Origin: Blasia pusilla
Lineage: Eukaryota
Reading direction: 5' to 3'
DNA: 64,000 nucleotides
Assembly (NCBI GenBank): GCA_050084515.1
Contig: CM114271.1
Span: forward strand, 23,250,001-23,314,000
Position numbers and translations under genes: made by a program. Shown here one piece after another: positions 52,734 through 64,000 of the stretch. The notes beneath the pieces were generated by a model. The model searched no databases. It was given only the letters and a program-made list of their open reading frames with translations, and was not told the origin of the DNA. The stretch's first letter is position 1; each line of letters begins with the position of its first letter.

Positions 52734-54201
52734 ATGTTGGCTATGGAGAGCCAGAGTGTGGAGACTTCGATGGCAAGGTCTAGTGGAGAGTCCTTGGATC
52801 CCGAGGCCAGTGAGGACACGACAAGTGGCCGAGATATTCATGATGATGGAGTAGTCTTAGAGTACCTTCGTACTGGCAGCCTTGCGAGCACCATGGATGC
52901 TAGAGAGCGGGATCGGATCCTACAGCGGGCCATACGGTTCCGTTGGGAGGGGACAAATGTTTTGAGAGTTTGGGAGGATGGCAGAGTACGCGTAGTGCCG
53001 CATCCTTCACAGAGAGCACGACTAGTGCAGCCTGCCCACGAGGAGTTGGGTCACTTTGGAGTGAAGCGGACGTATAGCTTGCTCTAGATTCAGTATTGGT
53101 GGCGAGGCATGCAGACTGACGTTCAGCAGTTTGTTGCCAGGTGCATGGTGTGATCGGGTCCGAGCATCGTTCAATGCTCCGACTCTACAGTTGCATCCAT
53201 TATAGATCATGGGCTTAGGGTATAGATGGAGTTTGGATTTTGCAGGACCTTTGCCCTTGACGGAGCGTCACAGTCGTTATGTGTTGGTGATGGTCGAGCA
53301 CTTCTCGAAGTGGATCGAGTTGGTTGCATTTCCTAACAAAGCGAGTGAGGGAGTAGCTTATGCCTTCCTTGACAGAGTGTTGAGTCATTATGGCGCACCG
53401 GATGAGGTGTTGACAAACCACGGTACCGAGTTTCGCGGTGAGTTCCAGGCCTTGTGTGATCAGGCGCTGATCAACCACCGTACGACTTCGCGAGATCATC
53501 CTGAGGCGGATGGATTAGCGGAGAGAGTTGTGTAGACAGTGAAGAGGGATTTACGCAAGTATGGCTTGCAGAGAGGTCACCTAGGAGATCACCGTACTTG
53601 CTACTTTATGGCCGAGAGCCAGATTTACCTGCGGCCATTCGTCGAGATGCTGGTGAGGTACTGAACCTTGATGACCCAGATGTATGGGTGCGAGCATGTT
53701 CTCAGAGGGCTGAGTTATTTCGGAGAGTGATGCCCATGGCGTTCGAGAACTTGGCGATTGCACAAGATCGGGATACGTTGAGGTATGCGACTATTCGAGG
53801 TGGTGGTTATCGACCAACTATCCGGAGGTTTCATCAGGAGATTATGTCTACTTGCGGACAGACGGCACCGCAGCGTTGGAATGATCTGCAGGCGCACTAT
53901 CCTGAGAGTGCGTGACATTTTGCCATCGGGTGTTCTCTTGCTGGAGGGACGCGATGGTATGGTATGGAAGGACCATGTGCGTAATTGTGCGCCATGTCAC
54001 CTTCCTAACATTGATGGTATAGTAGATCCGAGCTTAGCAGTAGTTCCTGCAGGCTTGCGTTGTATGTTGTGTGGTTCTGCCCGTGGTGCGGCCACGATGC
54101 TAGTCTATGATGGGTGTTTGAGAGGATGGCATATGGCATGTTTGACGCCACCTCTCACTAGGGTTCCTCAGGGACGATGGATGTGTCCCAGATGTACATA
54201 G
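52734..54201 (+). pseudogene. DDE integrase with C-terminal PHD finger (54061-54195), copy 2
   Basis: HEELGH...CMVC zinc finger; SLDFAGP; LTNHGTEF (second Asp mutated to Asn); GLAERVV; PHD with one Cys-to-Tyr change. Confidence 0.93.
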
Positions 54202-54369
54202 AGAAGGTAGTTCTACATTCCGACTTGTGTCTGTGACATGGATGACAAGGAGGCGACTAACGATGGGGCCACATGAGCACCCGGCCTTCTTGCTCTAGCG
54301 TCCGAGAGATGTATGTCATGGTAGGTAGGGATAGATGGCTATCTGGAGTTAGAGGGACCTAACCACCAA

Positions 54370-54380
54370 CTAGGGGGGCG
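54370..54380 (+). promoter_or_regulatory. Polypurine tract
   Basis: CTAGGGGGGCG, identical in copy 1 (8940-8950), directly before segment B. Confidence 0.75.
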
Positions 54381-55164
54381 ATTGGAGATATTTTGGTACG
54401 TCTTGTCTCGTTGTTTGGATGCCATGAGTTAGCATGGGATCATGCGTGTTTGTGTGTGTGTTAGGTGACAGCGATGTATATTGTGTAACGATGTGTATGC
54501 GCACGACAGTTGTCACGTCTTTTAGGATAGATCGGTGGGATCTAATAGAACGCCTTCATGAGTAGTGGAGGACACGCCCAGTATGTCAAGGGTGACGTGC
54601 TGAGGCCCTTGGAAACCTGAGATAGCAGGTTTCCCCTTCGTTTCGGCTCATTTGGAGCCATATTGAGGAACTTACTATTTTAGGTAAGTACCATTTTGCA
54701 TATATGATCGACTTACTATTTTTGGTAAGTGGCCCTTGACCTCCTACATCAGGTCAAGAGCCAAGAAGGTGACTTGGGAGAATAGGTTACCATGGAGAGA
54801 GCTTGGGAGAGGGGAGGGGTATACCTCAAGGAGAGAGAGATTGAGAGCTCATTCTCTCTTTGTTGAACCTCTTGGCATGAGGCGGTGGCATGAGGCGGCG
54901 GAGCTATGGTACCTTTCCTTGTGAGTGTAACCCAAGCCTCTCATTAGGAGAGTGGGTTTGGTTTGACATGAGAGAGAGTGCACACCTTTGAGAGCTATGG
55001 TGTGAGATGGTGTAGAGAGAGATTGGATCTTACTTTATTGGAGATATTTTGGTACTGCTTGTCTCGTTGTTTGGATGCCATGAGTTAGCATGGGATCATG
55101 CGTGTTTGTGTGTGTGTTCGGTGACAACGATGTATGTTGTGTAGCGATGTGTATGCGCACGACA
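54381..55164 (+). repeat. 3' terminal block B1 (54381-54508) - GT - A2 (54511-55037) - B2 (55037-55164)
   Basis: B1 and B2 are 128-bp direct repeats ATTGGAGATATTTTGG...GCGCACGACA; A2 repeats A1. Confidence 0.95.
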
Positions 55165-55617
55165 TCTTAAGCCACTTCTTTTGATACCATATAGGCTACT
55201 TCTACTTTTAAATTGCTTTCTATAGTTCCTAAAATGACTTTCAATCATAAATTTATCTTGAATTATCTTATTCTCTCCATCTTAATCTATTTTGGATGGA
55301 TTCCACTACTTTTATTGTAGTCGTTATCCTAAAATTCCCACAAAATTATAATTCATGTCTTCTCTTGTTTTGAATAACATATCTACTTTTAGTTCCATGG
55401 ATATGGAGTTGGATAATCCATCTACTCACTTATTTGGTTTTACATGTCTTCCTTCAATCGTAACCTTTTCCCATGGTTCTCCTCCTTATCTTCCATCTTT
55501 TCTATCCTTATCCCCTTTATTCCTCCTTCCCCAACCTACTTACCCCCTCATAGTTGTATATCATCATCTCAAGCACCTTCCATCTCTTCTCCTCATAATC
55601 CTTCTACTTTTACATCT

Positions 55618-58490
<2,873 letters not shown>

Positions 58491-59062
58491 CCATTTTTTT
58501 TGGCTTGTTGTTATTTTATTTTCTCATTTCATCACATGTTTCTTGACTTCTTCCCTTCTTGGGATTTTATTACATTTCTTTATCCTCTTTTGAGGTTTGT
58601 TTCTTCCTAAAGTGGATAATGGAACTTTCTTTGGTATTAGTATTCTATACCCATACATACATTATTCCAAGATTATTTAGTCCCTATCTATGGGAGATTT
58701 GGAATGAATTACCAATATCAATCTTATATGAAAATTTCCGTGGGTCCTAGGCCAACCATTCGACCTTGCTTCAGGCCTTTTCACCATGTAGTTCCCTTTT
58801 TCCAAGTTTTTTGGCGTATGGTTTCCTATTTTGGATTCGGTTCCGAAGTAGCTACCACCCAAGGATTGTCCTTGGGTGTTTTGCACCATAAGTTTTATGA
58901 CACATAAGGAGTAAAGATCGGTCCTTGGTCTTTACATTCTTAAATAATTTTATCCATTTATCTTCAATTTGAAGATGAATGAATAAAATTATCCGTTCCA
59001 TGAAGATTATTCTATCCCTATCTATGCAATATTTGGAATGAATAACGAAGATCAATCTTACA

Positions 59063-59258
59063 TCTATATTATTAAGGGAGAGTGCCCTTATAGCGGGTGC
59101 CATCCCTCCTTGGTGACACCTATCCTTTACAACCTGCAATTAATTGACATGTGTCACTCTTTCTCTATAAACCGAAGCATGTAAGCGTCTTTGAAACACC
59201 CGAGCTTTTTTCTTCTTGGGCTAATCTTTCACCCGTGTTGGGCACAAGCACCAACTAG
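59063..59258 (+). mobile_element. Short non-autonomous Helitron
   Basis: A|TCTATATTATTAA 5' end; CCCGTGTTGGGCAC..GC hairpin then CTAG|T 3' end. Confidence 0.75.
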
Positions 59259-60767
59259 TAAATACTATGTAAATCCACGGATAATAACAAGATCAATATC
59301 AATCGAATACTTGTGAGGCTCTTTGTTTTCATGCACTTTTCTTGGTAGGTTTCTTGAAGTGGACAGCGCACATGCGTGTAGGAACTAGATATGAAGGTTG
59401 GGTAGGTGGAGACACTAAGCATCTTATGTTTTTCTCAACACCAATCTTGATCTTAATTTTCCATCTATGCCTTGAATAACATCACAATACATGAGGTATT
59501 CCACTACATACCCATATGTCAAGCTGGATTTTGGTCACAATCTTGTCTCTTAAGGCTCATTACCGATTTCCTCTAAGATGCCTAAGTCACTCAAAAACAT
59601 CTAGCAAAAAAAGAGTTATTAGCTGCTTGATTACAAGTCCTCAAATCTCCATCTTCTCCACAAGTGACCTCCCAAGAATCTTCAAAAGAGTGGGAGTGGA
59701 AAGGGCAATCTCAAAATTATTTCTTGATGTCAAGAATGCCACTCCTTTAGCCACTCCAAAAATTTTACCCGTCCGGTCGTAGTAAAAAATTATCCAACTC
59801 CCTACATTTTTTTTCATGTGAACCTTGCCTTCCATAAACCTCGAGCTAGGATTTCGTGTCCTATGTCGTCATATGTTGTCTTGAGGTCCAATAATGTAGA
59901 CTCTCGTTCTCTAATTCTTCCTTAGATGGCCTCAAATGTAGAGAATAGATGATCCACACACCATCTTGAGTGTAGAAACCCAGCCTTATCTTCACTTTAG
60001 CATGGATTTATGGTTACATCAACAAATCAAGAAAACTAGCCCATTCAAGCTATGAGAGTATTACTCGAATATAATTAGTATGGTTCCATGATTTTTTTCG
60101 TGACTTGGGCAATTATGAGGAAATTAATAACGTGCTACAAGAGATAATATTGTGACCACATGATTCCAAATAAAAAAATTTCAAAAGTGTGTAATCAAAT
60201 GTTTAAGATGCCTATCTCATCACAAATCAAATCATGATAAGATGGGTATCTTAGACATTTTAACACAGATGTCAAAGTGGGAAGTCCTTAATACTCATCA
60301 AACACTTCCACGAAGGTGTATGATACAAAATTTTGAATCACTTTTGTATAACTAAGTTTCTAGAGGAATAAAATTGAATCACCTAGGATTTCATTCACTT
60401 TAAATAGTATGCAAAAGAGCTTCTTCTACATGATTTAAGAGGAATGATTATTATAATTGACCATAAAGATTATTCCCATAGAGATACCTCATGAGATTGT
60501 GGAGAGTAGGATTGAGGCCTTCATACCTCACTAACCATCTCACTTAGTGGGGGTAATAATTTCTTCCATAACAATCTCAAAAATAATTTCTACCATCCTA
60601 AGATGTCAATCTCAGCTCGTTCAATTTTTTAGCACAAAAGGATGCACCAAAATCGATGTTGTGGATGTGGAGGATTCCCCCAATATTTTTAGAATTTTTG
60701 GATCTTAATACAAAAATAAAAAATTTCATTGTACATCACATTCAACCTTAGTTTACATCATAAAGCA

Positions 60768-60798
60768 CTAGTAAGAATGCTCGTGCGATGCACTGGCA
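60768..60798 (-). mobile_element. Helitron 3' terminus
   Basis: The minus strand reads GCCAGTGCATCGCACGAGC...CTAG|T; weaker similar ends near 12871-12898, 41491 and 63331. Confidence 0.6.
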
Positions 60799-62533
60799 AA
60801 AAATTTTACAATGATAAAATTAAGATTTTATTTTAATATAGTAAAATTTGTCAAATTTCTTAGTTAGATCAAAAAGAAAATTTCAAAACTCTAAGTTTTA
60901 TGTAATTAATGTAATACTTGAGGATATACAACATTTTTAGTATAAACATCATCTTTGTTTGGTGGATTTGAACTATCAATCATCATATGAATTGAATTGC
61001 TAGAACCTATTCTAGATAAGACAACATATAATTGCCCTCTAAAAAATACAGGATTTTGGCAAGTACATGCCAACTCTCTCTAATTTTTGACCTTCTGACT
61101 TATTAATCGTCATTGCAAAGGCTGGATAAATAGGAAATTGAAATCTTCGTAAATCAAAAGGTAACCCTGAATCAAATGCAATCAACGAAATGCGTGGAAT
61201 AAAGAGTCAAGCTCCAATATTTTTCCCAGTCATAATTACAATTCTTTGCTATAATTCAAAATAGGCATGAATGGTGGATAGCTTACGGAGACTCATCTCC
61301 TAATTTACAAAGAAGTGTCGTATGTATCTTTTCGCAAAGAATCACTTCATCTACTTGTAAGAGTAGTTGGAGTTTCCATGGATTCATTCACAACTAGCAT
61401 ACAAATTAACTAAAAGTTTCCACTACAAATGACTTGGTTTATGTATATTACAATCATTACATGACAACCGAGCATCTAAGTTTTGCACTTGGTGCATGCA
61501 TGACTTGCACAAGTACTATAGTTCAATAGGTCGACTCAAGGAGAAGGCACTTAAGACCACAATCACTGATCAAAAAATTAAAATATATGTTAAGTTTGAT
61601 GATAACTTACAAGACTGTGATTTTAATCATGACAAGCCCCCTCCACTTGAAGATTTTGAACCTGATGATTTGGAAGTTGGTATCAAAAATCATGAGGGGT
61701 GGTCATTTCAATATGATTTTGATGATAGTGATACAACAGGGAAGAAAGTATGTGAGGATAATTATCTCATGAATTTGACCAAAAATAAGCAAGATGCCCA
61801 AGATAAAGTACATGATTGATTAGATGGAGGAGAATGTAGGTAGGAGAGGTAGGACAAGGAAAATCTATTGTACCTGAAGTTTTTTTAGAAACCTGTTTGT
61901 AATAACTAAATCCAATAAAAGCTACTTTAACTCAAAGAGTTTGTACTAAGGAACAACCACCTTATAAAGTAGTGGATAAAGGGGAAATTTATTCTTTTGA
62001 ACCTATCATTCCATCTCATGAAAGTATTAGCCTAGAGCTAGAATATCAAAGGAACAAGGATTGTTCATGAAGGAGACTACAAAGATGAGGACTTTATAAA
62101 GTCTTCGCAAAGACCATATTAGGTATGAAGAACGAAGATCTTTACAAAGACTCTAGAGTCTTCGCAAGGACAAGGTTATGAAGATAAAAACCTTTTACCA
62201 AGATCTTTTGAGAAGACTATAGTACAAGACTCTATTCTTTCCTTGATATTTTTCAAGGAGGTTACATACACTTAATTTGTTTAGTGGACAAAATTTAATG
62301 TCAGGATCATCCAGTTGGGTTACATAAAGAATTTTATTTTCAAGATCATCTAGTTGCAATAAATTAAAAATCTTAATTCTTTTTTTTCCTTAATTGGTCT
62401 TGTGGTACAAGTCTTAAGCTTATCAATTTTGGGATTTTGGTTGGAATTCCATTTTCCATGTAGTTTTTCAAGGAGATTAGATACACTTATATTAACACGT
62501 GGAATTTTTTTAATATTGAGATCATGTAGTTGG

Positions 62534-62810
62534 CAAGGTTGCATGTGGACTAATTTTGTATGTGTGAACAAGTCCATGTCTATGGACATATGTATGTGTT
62601 TTGGATGATTTATCCATGTTGATCCTATCTCCCCCTTGTTTATCATTCCCTCCACTTGCCTTCATGTTCCATACTTTCCCATTTCTTTCTCCCTCCCCAC
62701 TTATTGGCCAACTCAACCTTGTCCTACCTTTCATCATAAGCTATTTAAGTGTAGGCGCCACCTCTTGCAATCCATGTCAGTGTATATGTCCAAACTTGTT
62801 TGTCTATGTT
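62534..62810 (+). mobile_element. hAT-type MITE (third copy, right end eroded), next to a copia LTR fragment at 62853-62972
   Basis: CAAGGTTGCATGTGGAC start and internal homology to 32880-33153. Confidence 0.7.
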
Positions 62811-64000
62811 TGTCTTAAGGAAGGACTTGTGCATTTTTTTGTGACTTCCCCATGTCATATTACTATGACTCCTCCGACGTCTAAATCGGAACCATCAATC
62901 TAGGCTTCTCCTCATACAAGGGGGCCGATCAGATTAATGATGCTCGGAGAAGTGGATCTTGAGAATCCAACAAATCTATCTTTTTTATCCTAATTAATTT
63001 GGTTTTAAGTTTTATTCTCATATTTTTACCACCATATGGATTCTTATGTTTCTTTATGAATGAATTTTAATTGAGATGTAGGAATTGGAAAAGGAAACAA
63101 CCCTTTCAAATGATAAAATAAAAAAGAACGTAATAACGTGCTTAATAAATTTTGGAATAAAGCCTTAATCTTAAATAGAGAATGCAAAACCCTAAGAAAT
63201 AAACTCTTACTCCAAAATGAAAAAATCATGAACTTATAAAAATATAAACTCGAAATCCAAAAAACCACCTATACTTTTTTAAGATGTAATACAGGAACAC
63301 TTAAGCAAAAAAAATAAGTTATTAAAAATACTAGAGTATGCCCATGCGATGGATTGGTTTAAATTACCTCCCAAAATAATAATAAATTTTTGAATTGTGA
63401 AATGTCATTTTAAATGAACTGCAAGCAATCTTATTGGCTCATAAGGTGAGCCATCCTATTGGTTGAGAGTGCCAAGTGTGAGCAGGAGAGGAGTTTGCAC
63501 AATGAAAGGCGATATGCAATAATAATATAGATGATTTTGAAAATTGATTCCATAAACCCTACCTGTAAAAATGGAAACCTTTAACACTAAGAAAATCATG
63601 CATTGAAACCTATAACATCCTAGATCGGGAATAATAAACCCAAGAAAATATTTTATAAGACACTAAAAATTATTAACAACTAATAATATTTGAAGTTCCT
63701 ATTTCTTGAGGTACCCAAACCCTACCTTCCATAATTGAAATTAAAAAAGAAGACATTCTTAGGTACACTAAATAGCCTACCTTTTCAAGGAATCTATAAA
63801 ATAAACATTGCACAATAGAACCTTGACATATGAACATAGTAAATCCTAACTCAAAAAAAATCAATAATTAATCCCAACTATTTTCTTATAAGGGAAAGAA
63901 ATCACGCAATTAAACCATAATTTGATGTCCTAAAAATAACACTTTAATGAAACAAGATTTTTTTGAAAATAATCATCTCATGCCTTGGAAACATGTCTTA

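Larger units (their letters stand above)
45865..55164 (+). mobile_element. Full-length Ty3/gypsy-type retrotransposon: gag-PR-DNMT-RT-RH-INT-PHD with split A...B-A-B terminal repeats (copy 2)
   Basis: TGTC at 45865, GACA at 55164, TSD TCTT (45861-45864 and 55165-55168); all domains colinear; scattered stops and indels. Confidence 0.96.

Noticed and set aside
45865-55164. DIRS/Ngaro tyrosine-recombinase element, suggested by the split repeats
   Set aside because: No recombinase motifs seen; it has a protease, an HHCC/DDE integrase, a PPT and a TSD.
54511-55164. Solo LTR inserted by chance at the end of another element
   Set aside because: No TSD flanks it (ACAGT vs TCTTA); the TCTT TSD pairs with 45861-45864, and the same layout recurs at 36707-37492.
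61496-61819. 107-aa acidic ORF as a host gene
   Set aside because: No recognisable domain, and it lies in AT-rich decayed repeat context.

Overview
Eukaryotic, TE-dense plant DNA. The host is probably a bryophyte or other non-seed plant, inferred from the MAX2 sequence style and TE types. There is one clear host gene, an intronless MAX2/D3 F-box-LRR gene (minus strand, ~28390-30716), with an apparent 1-nt frameshift inside its F-box. The standout is a Ty3/gypsy-type retrotransposon family. It is present as one full-length copy (45865-55164), one near-full copy (1-9088) and several relics. Its pol order is protease - DNMT3-like C5 cytosine methyltransferase - RT - RNase H - DDE integrase - PHD finger. 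The family also lacks ordinary paired LTRs: it has a split-repeat layout A-internal-PPT-B-gt-A-B with TGTC...GACA ends, a 4-bp TSD and no visible tRNA PBS. The same junctions recur in independent older copies. This layout fits integration of a circular cDNA through an att site inside the LTR. Other content: solo LTRs with TSDs, copia, CACTA, Helitron and CRE-like relics, hAT MITEs and microsatellites. All coordinates and identities were read by eye; no searches were run.
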